DNA of 64,000 bases from NCBI GenBank assembly GCA_016714165.1, contig JADJNU010000004.1, forward strand, positions 44,944 through 108,943. Reading direction: 5' to 3'. The notes beneath the pieces were generated by a model, which did no database searches, was not told where the DNA came from, and saw nothing but the letters and a program-made list of their open reading frames with translations. Each line of letters starts with the position of its first letter. Position 1 is the stretch's first letter. This DNA is from Bdellovibrionales bacterium. Lineage in GTDB: Bacteria; Bdellovibrionota; Bdellovibrionia; Bdellovibrionales; UBA1609. Below, piece after piece: positions 39,092 through 48,635 of the stretch. A program made the translations under genes and the position numbers.

Positions 39092-39771
39092 CTGAAACAA
39101 AGCCACGAATCTTGGTGGTTGATGATGAGGCCGCCATTCGAAATATCTTACATCTCAGTTTAGCGAATCAAGGTTTTGAAATCGCAGAAGCGGACAGCGG
39201 TAGGAGCGGGCTCGATAAGGCTGCGGAGTTTCATCCGCATCTTGTTATTTTGGATCTCGGGCTACCCGACATCAGTGGATTGGAAGTCCTTAAGTCGCTT
39301 CGAAAATGGACAGCTATCCCGGTGATCATATTGACCGTGACTGACGACGAGTTGACTAAGGTTTTGCTTTTGGATGCGGGAGCGGATGACTATTTAACGA
39401 AGCCTTTTGGAACTCCCGAACTCCTTGCTCGCATCAGAGTGAGCCTGAGGCATCATGACTCAATCGAGGCCACGCCGATTTTTAGGTCTGACGATCTTGA
39501 AGTGGATCTCAATAAACGCCAAGTGAAGGTGGGGCTGGAGATCGTCAAGTTAACAGCTACCGAATATGATCTCTTGAGTGCGCTCATTAGAAATCAAGGT
39601 AAAGTGGTACCGCAAGCTCAGCTTCTTGAGGGGGTGTGGGGCAAAAATGCTGCAGACCAAACTCATTATCTCAGAATCTATATAGCACAGCTCCGTAAAA
39701 AAATAGAGGTTGATACCTCTCATCCAGCCCATATACTAACGGAGCCGGGCATTGGATACAGGATTGTCTAG
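39088..39771 (+). CDS. kdpE: OmpR-family response regulator KdpE
   Basis: 227 aa. The start overlaps the kdpD stop (ATGA). Receiver domain (ILVVDDE..ILDLGLPD..) plus winged-helix domain (LTATEYDLL..GIGYRI). Confidence 0.92.
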   Translation: MTETKPRILVVDDEAAIRNILHLSLANQGFEIAEADSGRSGLDKAAEFHPHLVILDLGLPDISGLEVLKSLRKWTAIPVIILTVTDDELTKVLLLDAGADDYLTKPFGTPELLARIRVSLRHHDSIEATPIFRSDDLEVDLNKRQVKVGLEIVKLTATEYDLLSALIRNQGKVVPQAQLLEGVWGKNAADQTHYLRIYIAQLRKKIEVDTSHPAHILTEPGIGYRIV

Positions 39772-39795
39772 TTGTCTAGTTGTCTAGTTGTCTAG
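39764..39795. repeat. 8-bp tandem repeat (TTGTCTAG)x4 between convergent genes
   Basis: Read directly. It contains the kdpE stop (39769-39771) and the stop of the minus-strand gene (39792-39794). Confidence 0.9.
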
Positions 39796-40960
39796 GGAGA
39801 AGGCCGATTCCTTTCTGCCTCCCTTTTGATTTGTTCCTTCAGCTGCTTGGCAGCCATCGCATAACCCCCATCTCCGCCGTCTATGAAATGGATATGCCCT
39901 CCATCTGCCAGATTTTGCACAAAGCAAGTCATCAATGATGTGTCCGACGAGAACAAACCATAAAATATTTTTCCGTCCACATATTTCTTGTCTAGCAAGA
40001 TCGAGATGTGGTTGGCTTGCTCGTCGGTGCAGTCAACGACCATCCTCACAACCTCATCAAACTTCCTAAAGTCTGAATGACTGCCCAGCTCATCAAGATA
40101 CTCATTTCGAGAAAAGCCGAAAGCCGGAAATCTGAATCGAAATATAAATACTGCAAATATCATAAAGGCCAATCGTTTGAATAAGATCTTGCTAAGTTTT
40201 CTATCAGAATATCTGATCTCATCGCGAAAGCACTTAATCAAGCTCTTGTATTTCATGAGTTTAGTTTCTACAGGATTTGCATTTTCTATTCCTCCACCAA
40301 AGATCCTTTCCATCTCTTTGACAATCGATTTCAGTTCTGAAAAATCTGAATTCTCACGGTTTCGAATGAGTATGGAGAGTATTTTTCCCTTTTGCTCTTG
40401 ATTGGCTGCCATCGACAGGATAATCCATCCAAATCGGCGCTCGAAGCATCACCCTTTAAAAGGTATGAACCATCGCCATCCTTAATGAGTTTCTCAGCTA
40501 GGCTGAAGCCTCCACCTCTAAAGAAGGCGATGCATTTATTTGGATTTATTGCAAATTTCCCAACCAAAAGGACTCCTTTGGAGTTCTTAATGTCCCTCAC
40601 GGGAACTATGCCGATTCGCAATTCCAACCCAAACTCAATTTTCGCCAATTTTTGCAAGCCGATCAGAGATCGAGCGACATCATCGACCCATTTGGAAGGA
40701 ATCAAAATCGATGCACCATCGCCACCGAATGAGTAAGGAAAGGCAAAATTCTTTACCGCATTTTGAACAACAATGATACTGGCGGCGCCGACTGTGTTGA
40801 TGTCGCGATATCTGCCAGACTCGATTGCCCTTGTTGAATCCTTTATGTCAGTGATAACGACGTGCCAATCGTCTGGCGCCTCGAAATAGTGACGTTCGTC
40901 AGTCAAGGATGAAAAATCAGTAAATTGTGGAAGCTTTTCAAAAAAATCATCCGTACTCAT
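39792..40960 (-). CDS. DUF3095-like protein (nucleotide-cyclase-like fold suspected), apparent frameshift near 40385-40410
   Basis: ORF 40331..40960 (..DWHVVITDIKDSTRAIESGRYRDINTVGAASI..PYSFGGDGASIL..GLSCRWQPI) and ORF 39792..40412 (KGKILSILIRNRE...) are colinear with what I recall of DUF3095 proteins. They are joined at T/C homopolymer runs at 40382-40393. Confidence 0.55.
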
Positions 40961-41065
40961 GTGATATCCCTTTTATATAGTCATACGATTTCAGTCAGCG
41001 TGTTTGCTTATGTCAATTAGTGCGTTTGCTCAGGTCCCGTATTTTCAAAGTCACATTTTAGCAGA

Positions 41066-42187
41066 CTATTTAGCGCCCGTTTGGCCAGCAACCAATCTGC
41101 TCAAGCTGAGGGGTTTCATGGGAGGAATAGCAAGGCCGATGCTCCCAGAATGAATGGCAATCAGTTCCCCTTTCGCATTGAGAAGGGGTCCCCCCGACAT
41201 TCCATGTTCACCTGAGGCAGAAATGAAGATCACATTTTTTTTCATTAGGTTCATTTCATCTTCGTCGAGACTCAGATTCTTCAGGCTCAGACTGTCGTTG
41301 GAAATGGATTGCGAAAAATCAAGGGATTTCCCTCTGGAGCAATAAAACGAATTTCCGTCAGAATCTAATCCGCCAAAAAATTTCCAACCGCTGGTCTTAC
41401 GAGGAAAGCCAAATTGCCACATATCTTCTCCTGGTATTGGAGGACTCGTTGAAATGTTAATCCCAGGGCCGAGGGCTCGATCTATCTTAAGAGTGACTAA
41501 GTCAAGATGCGGTGGAAAAAGTTTACCCTCTTCCAAGGAACTCTCAGTCCTTTGGACATATTTCTTAAGGGATGCGATGTCTCCCCTGTTAATGTTATCC
41601 ACATGGACAGCCAAATTTTCTGGAGTGCCAACAAGATTTCCTTGACTGTCATAGATGAAGGCCAGCAACTGAATTTGTCGCAACTGTTCCATCCCTTCAT
41701 TGGTTTCTAAGCGCAGACGAGGGATTGATGAAAGGATTGAAAATATTTCCTGTTGAATAACATGAGCAGCTCCAAAGGCTTTTGTGCCATCCTCTATGAG
41801 TACAATTGAGGAGTTTCGATAGGAATCGAAAAGCCTGCATTCTTGAAATTTCTCCCTCAAACATATTTCGAGCTCCCTTATGTTGAGGTCATCTGTGGAA
41901 GGAGGGGGTTCTCTTCGTGCCTTTAATTTAAAAAGTAATCTCTCTCGGATCTCGAAGTTATCGTCACCAAAAACCTCCCTCACACTCTTTCCTCTTTCGC
42001 CAGGAAGAATCATTCGGAAGGTCGACCTTCGTGCGGATTCAGACGAAATCTGACACAATTCGGAAGCAACAGGGTGAAATCCCAGATTGGAAGTTGCATT
42101 GTCTGGCTCTGATGCGGAAGCAAAAGCAGCTTGGATTACAAGTAGAACAAGTGAAAATAAGATGGTCGTTCCAGCAGATGGTGTCAT
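41066..42187 (-). CDS. secreted trypsin-like (S1 family) serine protease
   Basis: 373 aa. Signal peptide ..IQAAFASA. Ser context GEHGMSGGPLLNAKGELIAIHSG. His context GAAHV. Confidence 0.7.
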   Translation of the reverse strand: MTPSAGTTILFSLVLLVIQAAFASASEPDNATSNLGFHPVASELCQISSESARRSTFRMILPGERGKSVREVFGDDNFEIRERLLFKLKARREPPPSTDDLNIRELEICLREKFQECRLFDSYRNSSIVLIEDGTKAFGAAHVIQQEIFSILSSIPRLRLETNEGMEQLRQIQLLAFIYDSQGNLVGTPENLAVHVDNINRGDIASLKKYVQRTESSLEEGKLFPPHLDLVTLKIDRALGPGINISTSPPIPGEDMWQFGFPRKTSGWKFFGGLDSDGNSFYCSRGKSLDFSQSISNDSLSLKNLSLDEDEMNLMKKNVIFISASGEHGMSGGPLLNAKGELIAIHSGSIGLAIPPMKPLSLSRLVAGQTGAK

Positions 42188-42393
42188 GGGCTTCCTTTTA
42201 GTTGCAGGTCCTCGGCAACAATCGCCGCTTCCGGGAGACTACCACACATTTGCTCCTTATAGCGCATTCATACCGTCTATTTTTTTGAAGTGACTGGCGG
42301 AGCTTTGAATGTTGCAAACATAATAGACGGAGATGCTTGTTTTACGAACGAATTATAGATATTTGTGAGAGGGGCTAGATTTCAGGTGAAAAG

Positions 42394-44171
42394 ATGAGGA
42401 GGAGAATTATCGTGAAAACAGATTTTAATCAAATTCAGCTTCCCACACATCTTAAAAAGTATGTTGTGAGTCAAGATTACGGACGTTACACCTCCGAAGA
42501 CCAAGCGGTTTGGCGCTATATCTTGCGCAGACTGACTAACTTTTTGTCTGAAAAGGCTCATCCTTGTTACTTGGAGGGCATGGAGCGATCTGGAATTTCA
42601 GTTGAGTTTATACCGCGAATAGAAGAGATCAATAGCAGGCTCGCTGAATTTGGATGGGGAGCGGTTTCTGTGAGTGGTTTTATCCCTCCGGCGGCCTTTA
42701 TGGAGTTTCAATCGTTAGGTTTACTTCCAATTGCTTGTGACATGAGAACGATCGATCATCTGCTCTACACTCCTGCCCCCGACATTGTTCATGAGGCCGC
42801 TGGACATGCTCCTATGCTCGTGGACCCGGCCTACGCGCGCTACCTGAGGCGATATGCCGAGATTGCAAGCAAGGCAATCATCAGTAAAGAGGACTTGGCT
42901 CAGTACGAGGCCATCCGGATATTGAGTGACTGCAAAGAAAATCCTGATAGTGAACCCAGTGAGATCGCGGAGGCATTGGAAAAGCTGAATGAAGCAAGTC
43001 TTGCGATTTCCTATGTTTCAGAGGCGGCCTACTTGGGACGCATGAATTGGTGGACAGCAGAATATGGACTTATTGGAGATTTAAATGAACCCAAAATATT
43101 TGGAGCCGGGCTTCTTTCATCATTAGGAGAATCACTCACTTGTCTAGATGAGAAAGTACCGAAACTACCCTTAACATTACATTGTCTTGATTATTCTTAC
43201 GATATTACTGAACCTCAGCCACAGCTTTTTGTAACTCCATCTTTTGAAGTCCTTGAGAACGTACTGAGGAAGCTCGGCTCTCAAATGGCATTCAATCAGG
43301 GAGGACTTATTGGTCTAGAGAAAGCTCTCGCGGCAAAAACAGTTAACACGATCGAACTCAATTCAGGCCTTCAGATTTCGGGCATTCTTTCGTCCTATCG
43401 TTCGGCTCAGGTGGCAGGTCTTGTTGAGCCCATTTTTTTCTGTTTCAAAGGGCCGTCACAGCTTTGTTTGCAGGGAAATCAGCTTGATGGACATGGGACT
43501 GACTACCACTCTGAGGGTTTCAGTTCTCCTGTGGGCTTGCTTAGAAATGAAAACAGGTGTCTTTCGGTTATGGACAGCCAGGATTTGCAAAGACTTGGCT
43601 TGGTGGTCGATACGACAGCGACTCTTTGTTTTGCCTCGGGAATCATTTTGACCGGTCTAGTGAGAAAAATTGTTCGGAAAAATGGCAAATTATTCTGATT
43701 AGCTTTGATCAATGTACAATCTCTCTAGGAGATGAATTTCTTTTTAGGCCAGAGTGGGGAGCTTTCGATCTGGGAGTGGGAAGTCTGATTTCTTCTGTTT
43801 TTGGAGGACCTGCAGATCGAATACAACACGGCAAACTTGATGATTTTGTTGCGAAGAGAGTTCAGAATAGAAAGTATTCACCTGAACAAATCGCGGCATT
43901 TTCTCTTTATCAGGAAATTAGAAGCGCACGGTTGAAAATCAATGATTCACTTTCTGAAACTGAAAGTGTGGTGAGGTTGGTGAAGACATATTTCGATTCG
44001 TTTCATGGTCATTGGCTCATGGGGGTGGAGCTACTTGAGTTATGTTTGGCACTGAATTTATCTGAAGCTACGAACCAGCTAGAGGCTCATTTGAAAAATA
44101 ATTTTAATGGATGCTCTTCTGATGTACGTGACTGTATCCAAGTTGGAATCCGTTTGGCTCGAGAGATATGA
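42394..44171 (+). CDS. long-form aromatic amino acid (phenylalanine-4-) hydroxylase-like protein, apparent frameshift near 43687
   Basis: The iron-binding block TPAPDIVHEAAGHAPML corresponds to PDxxHExxGHxP of biopterin-dependent hydroxylases. ORF 43557..44171, in another frame, continues as ..ILISFDQCTISLGDEFLFRPEWGAFDLGVG. The start could also be GTG 42412. Confidence 0.7.
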
Positions 44172-44357
44172 ATATCGGCTCGACTCAAGTCTAGATTGGA
44201 TTAAAAGGCTAAGTGCCTAGTTGCTGGACACGATACCGGCCATTTAACCTGGTCCTGCCAGCTATTCCGTAATTTTCAGATGTGGTTTTCGTCGCGCACT
44301 TCGCGATTGATCCGATTGCAGTACTTTGTAAAAGTAGAGTGATCTGTGGTCAGAGAG

Positions 44358-45101
44358 ATGTCAATGGCCCTTTTATCGGTCCGAGTCAGTTTCATTTTTT
44401 GTTCACTTTTTGTTTTCGTTGCAGCAGCTGAAGAATCGGGAAATTCGGTTCGTCTTGTGCCAAAAGTAACAAGTGTCTTTCCAATATTTTTGGGAGCCGG
44501 ACCTGAGCTGATCTTCAATGAACGCTATCAAATTGGAATTAATTATGGTGTCACTCCACAGCCCTACTACTCAACGATTGGACAAGTGGCAGCTAGTGTC
44601 GGAGGCAATCCCTCCTATAAGGACGTGATCCAGGCTTCATTTCAGAACAATGCGCTTTGGCGAATTGGTTTTCAATACAATTTTAATACGCCAAGATCTG
44701 GATGGTGTTCAGGAATTTCCGTTTCTAGATTAACTTCTACGGGCAAAGCAGGAATTGATGAGGTCCTTCGCGCTGCCACGGGAAACGACTTCACTCAGCT
44801 CAAAAATCTCCTGACGGCCGCCGGACGAAGCACGGATGTCAACTTAGAGGGAAGCTTAGTTATCGGGGAGGTTTCGGGTGGATACTCATGGGGTTTTATG
44901 GAAAATGCCTCAATCACATTGACCGGCGGAGTGGCGAAGGTTGTGAAGACAGATATACGATTAAAGACTGGACTTCCAAATTTTGAAGCAACAAACCTTG
45001 GAAACTCTCTGATGAGGTCCAGCGAAGATGAGCTTGAGTCGATTGTAAACAAATACGGATTATTTCCAGTTGTCGGTGTTGGTGCGGGTTATTATTTTTG
45101 A
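44358..45101 (+). CDS. putative outer-membrane beta-barrel protein
   Basis: Signal peptide (..LFVFVAAA). Gly/aromatic-rich alternating strands. C-terminal ..GVGAGYYF with a terminal Phe. Confidence 0.6.
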   Translation: MSMALLSVRVSFIFCSLFVFVAAAEESGNSVRLVPKVTSVFPIFLGAGPELIFNERYQIGINYGVTPQPYYSTIGQVAASVGGNPSYKDVIQASFQNNALWRIGFQYNFNTPRSGWCSGISVSRLTSTGKAGIDEVLRAATGNDFTQLKNLLTAAGRSTDVNLEGSLVIGEVSGGYSWGFMENASITLTGGVAKVVKTDIRLKTGLPNFEATNLGNSLMRSSEDELESIVNKYGLFPVVGVGAGYYF

Positions 45102-45138
45102 GAGGTTATCGTTTAATTCACAAAAAGGGAGAGGAAAA

Positions 45139-45501
45139 ATGAAAATATTAGTTGTGATGATGGGAATAGCATTTATAAGCGCACATGCTGCAGCTGAGGG
45201 CTCTTGTGCTAAGGACCGGGAATCATTCTGTGCAGGTATTCAACCCGGAGAAGGCCGCATCGTAAAGTGCCTAAAGGATAACGAAGATAAGCTCTCAGCT
45301 GAGTGCAAGTCATCCTTTGAAAAGACTCAGGCCCAGAGAAAGGAAATCAAGCTGGCCTGTCACGACGATGCTGAAACGCTCTGTCCCGGTATGAACAAGA
45401 GGGAATTATTGAAGTGTTTACGGTCGAAGAAGGACGAAGTGTCCGAAAAATGCAGAAGCGAATGGAAGGAACTGAAGGAGATGAGAAAGGGACGAAGATG
45501 A
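45139..45501 (+). CDS. secreted cysteine-rich repeat protein
   Basis: 120 aa from ATG 45139 behind GGGAGAGG. Signal peptide. Two repeats of C..D...FC.G...GEGRIVKCL......LS.EC type. Confidence 0.7.
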   Translation: MKILVVMMGIAFISAHAAAEGSCAKDRESFCAGIQPGEGRIVKCLKDNEDKLSAECKSSFEKTQAQRKEIKLACHDDAETLCPGMNKRELLKCLRSKKDEVSEKCRSEWKELKEMRKGRR

Positions 45502-45633
45502 AGATAGAGGAATAAGTTGAGAGATCAATGCCAAAAGGCCAGGCCTAATCGGCACTGGCTAAAGGGCGAGGGCTAAAAGTTCAGTTTGCCCGAGCTAGAC
45601 TTGGCCCGTTGATGAAAATGCCGATCTATATGT

Positions 45634-46563
45634 GTGATAAATTTCATTTTCTCCTGTCTTTTGATCGCTTTCATATTTGTTAGCACACTTGCCTGTGAAA
45701 AGAAGGAAGGAGCCTTCTTTGTCGGGGCTTTGGGGTTGGACTCTGATCGCATAATTTTGGCGAGCCAATCAGCGACCGTTCTGACGGTCACGTCCTACGA
45801 TTTAAATGGAAATTTAATCGCTACTTTAGCGGACTATTATGCAGAAACAAACGGTCCGCGTGGCTTAGCTATATTTGATAGCCTTCATTTTCTTTTGAGC
45901 TTAGAAGGAAACGATCGAGTGGACCTGGTTCACATGGGTGGAGGCGGACATCTGCCCTATCTCACCAGCTCCTTTTTGACGGGTACGATCGGAAAGCTGA
46001 TTCGTCATCCGACAACCAACGATCTTTTTATTATCGAGGCGGGAACGGCCATTGAGCGGTTTGATCTTTCAGGGACAAGAATCCCACAGACCGGTAATGG
46101 CTTTATTCAGGGCGCATTGGCTCCCTGTGCGGCTCCAGCAACGGCCCGAGCCATGGTTGTGAATAACAACGGCGAGCTTGTGGTGATTCAATCCGGAGCG
46201 ACGGCTGCTTTTCGACTCACAATAGGTCCAACTGTCGCATCCGCCTGTGCCGTTGCGACATTGACGAACGCTGCCAACGATCTCGTGAATCACTCAGATG
46301 GAAATATCTACTATGCCGGAACGAACAGTAGCATCTATCGGGCGAGTCAGACTCTTACGGGATCGACAGTAATCTTCAACAACGCAGCGACGATTGCTGT
46401 GCCGACGGCCATGGCCGAGCTTCCAAACGGGAACCTCATAATTGCCTCCGATACAACCGACTCGGTTGAGGTCATCACGACCAGCGGAACTTACGTTGGC
46501 AGTCTTATTAAGAACATTCACACACAACTGGTTCACAGTATTCTTGTGGTGCGTGGCCAATGA
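45634..46563 (+). CDS. hypothetical lipoprotein, beta-propeller-like
   Basis: 309 aa. GTG start. Lipobox VSTLAC. Repetitive beta-strand-rich sequence. The fold assignment is a guess. Confidence 0.55.
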   Translation: MINFIFSCLLIAFIFVSTLACEKKEGAFFVGALGLDSDRIILASQSATVLTVTSYDLNGNLIATLADYYAETNGPRGLAIFDSLHFLLSLEGNDRVDLVHMGGGGHLPYLTSSFLTGTIGKLIRHPTTNDLFIIEAGTAIERFDLSGTRIPQTGNGFIQGALAPCAAPATARAMVVNNNGELVVIQSGATAAFRLTIGPTVASACAVATLTNAANDLVNHSDGNIYYAGTNSSIYRASQTLTGSTVIFNNAATIAVPTAMAELPNGNLIIASDTTDSVEVITTSGTYVGSLIKNIHTQLVHSILVVRGQ

Positions 46564-47219
46564 CGAAGAAAATAGCTCTTGTCATCCTGCTTCTCTCTTT
46601 AAATGGACAAGCTGGCGCAAAGGCCCCGGCTGCGTCTCCCAAAGCTGGTGGGAGCAAAGCAAGTGCTGGAAAATACTCTTTAGGAGCTGAGGTTCAAATT
46701 GGCTATCCATTTATGAATCTGAAAAATCCCGACGGAGAGAAGGCCTATTACGACGGAGTTGGGATGCGCCTCAATGTCAACATTCCCATTTTAGATCTTG
46801 TCGACACAGACGTCTATCTCGTCGCGGGTGTGAAATATTTTGATCTTGTTAATACGGCAAACAGTGCAAGTCAATATGAGGCGTCCAATCTCATAGGACC
46901 AGGCGCGGGAGTTTCTCTGCGTTACACAAAGGTCATTATCGGCGCCCAGTACTATCAAATGTGGGGTCGGCATTTCGCAACGGGGGCCTTCTCTGATCGC
47001 GTCAGCTATGCTTTTCAGGCCGTTGATTATTTTGGAGGTCTGAATTACCAATTTGGCCGCTTAGGTGTCGGGCTTATCTATTTCACTTCATCGGCAGTGA
47101 TTGACAAGAGTCACACGGGCCTCGAATCCGATACGTCACTTCAAAGTAGCATGATTTCATTGCAGTTCACTTTTAATATGGGCGAGACTTTGTGGCAAAT
47201 TCTCGGGGGCCTCTTTTGA
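46560..47219 (+). CDS. putative outer-membrane beta-barrel protein
   Basis: 219 aa. Signal peptide ..LNGQAGA. Alternating strands. C-terminal ..ILGGLF. The start overlaps the upstream stop (ATGA). Confidence 0.6.
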   Translation: MTKKIALVILLLSLNGQAGAKAPAASPKAGGSKASAGKYSLGAEVQIGYPFMNLKNPDGEKAYYDGVGMRLNVNIPILDLVDTDVYLVAGVKYFDLVNTANSASQYEASNLIGPGAGVSLRYTKVIIGAQYYQMWGRHFATGAFSDRVSYAFQAVDYFGGLNYQFGRLGVGLIYFTSSAVIDKSHTGLESDTSLQSSMISLQFTFNMGETLWQILGGLF

Positions 47220-47278
47220 AGTGGTTCGGAGTGAATTCTCTTTAATGAACGTACCGGAATCGTGGGAGGGGAGAAGAA

Positions 47279-48583
47279 GTGGGTAGAAAGGGGCATGGGT
47301 GGATCATTCCTCTAAAAATCATCACGGCCCTGATCGTTGCTGGTTGGCTTCCTGTGCGTATTGTATTTTTGTCCGATGTTGGCTTTGTCGATCGACTTTT
47401 TGACACTTTTATTTTTGTTTTGGTTTTTGGTCCCTATTTTGTGCGCGCTCAAAAATTACCAGTTCATGGCAAGCAAATTGAGGAGGATTCGTTTTGGCAG
47501 CGCATGGGTTCAGTAACAGTCGATCTAGCCGTAGGCCTTCCCCTTTTTTCAATAGCCGCTGTTATGGGGATTCAATTAGGAATTTTGTGGTGGCTTCCGA
47601 AACTCATTCTTTTGCGTCACATTTCAGGAATTAAGAAGGTTCTCGAGTGCTACGATAGTCTTCATCCCATTTTGCAAAGGCTTCTTCCGCTGGGTTTTGT
47701 TATGCCGACAGTTGTTCACCTGGCGGCATGCGGATGGGTTTGGATGGGAGGCGGTACTGCAGGGATAACGGGTAATGCCGTTGAGGACTATGTGAAATCC
47801 CTCTATTTCATTATGACAACCTTTACCACCGTTGGTTATGGTGACATTTCGGCAAAGACTTTGCCTCAAATGGCTTACGCCATGTTAACTCAAATTGTTG
47901 GGGTTGGCTTTTTTGGATTTGTTGTAAGTAATGTGGCAAGCCTGTTGGCTCGTATGGATGCAGCTCGAGAGAATCATCTGAGTACTCTTGATCGGATTGA
48001 GGCATTTATGGGACACAACGATCTTCCTCATAGCCTCAGAGTTAAAGTCCGTTCCTATTATCGTTATCTTTGGGATACGCGGCATGGCTATGACGATAAA
48101 TCCATTTTAAATGATCTGCCGAACAAACTTCGTAGCGAAGTCTCTCTTTGCCTCAATGCTGAGATCATGCAAAAAGTCCCCCTTTTTAATGGAGCAGACA
48201 CCGACATGTTAGAGGATGTTGTCTTGCAACTGCGCCCTAAGGTAGTTGTGCCAGGTGAAAAGATATTTCACGCGGGAGAGCCTGGTGATTCAATGTACTT
48301 TATACATAAGGGCTCAGTTGAAATCGTAACGAGGGAAGGAGGCGTTTTGGCTACTTTGTTGCCGAGCTCCTTTTTTGGGGAAATGGCCCTTCTGACGAGC
48401 AATCCTCGGAGTGCTAACGCTCGGGCAACTGAATATTGTGACATGTTTGAGCTAAGCCGAGAAGCTTTTGAGAAAGTTCTGGGTCGATATCCACTTTTTG
48501 AAAAGCATATTCGGGACATTGCAGTTGAGCGTGGTATCAAGCCACCAGCACCTTTGAATCCTAAGGAACAGAAGGTTTCCTAG
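47279..48583 (+). CDS. cyclic-nucleotide-binding K+ channel
   Basis: 434 aa. Pore helix and selectivity filter TTFTTVGYGDIS. C-terminal cNMP-binding domain (GDSMYFIHKGSVEI...FFGEMALLTSNPRSANARA). Confidence 0.85.
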   Translation: MGRKGHGWIIPLKIITALIVAGWLPVRIVFLSDVGFVDRLFDTFIFVLVFGPYFVRAQKLPVHGKQIEEDSFWQRMGSVTVDLAVGLPLFSIAAVMGIQLGILWWLPKLILLRHISGIKKVLECYDSLHPILQRLLPLGFVMPTVVHLAACGWVWMGGGTAGITGNAVEDYVKSLYFIMTTFTTVGYGDISAKTLPQMAYAMLTQIVGVGFFGFVVSNVASLLARMDAARENHLSTLDRIEAFMGHNDLPHSLRVKVRSYYRYLWDTRHGYDDKSILNDLPNKLRSEVSLCLNAEIMQKVPLFNGADTDMLEDVVLQLRPKVVVPGEKIFHAGEPGDSMYFIHKGSVEIVTREGGVLATLLPSSFFGEMALLTSNPRSANARATEYCDMFELSREAFEKVLGRYPLFEKHIRDIAVERGIKPPAPLNPKEQKVS

Positions 48584-48635
48584 TGCAGCACAGCTGCAAA
48601 CTGCGCGACAACGAGATTCAAAGCTTTCTTAGTCC

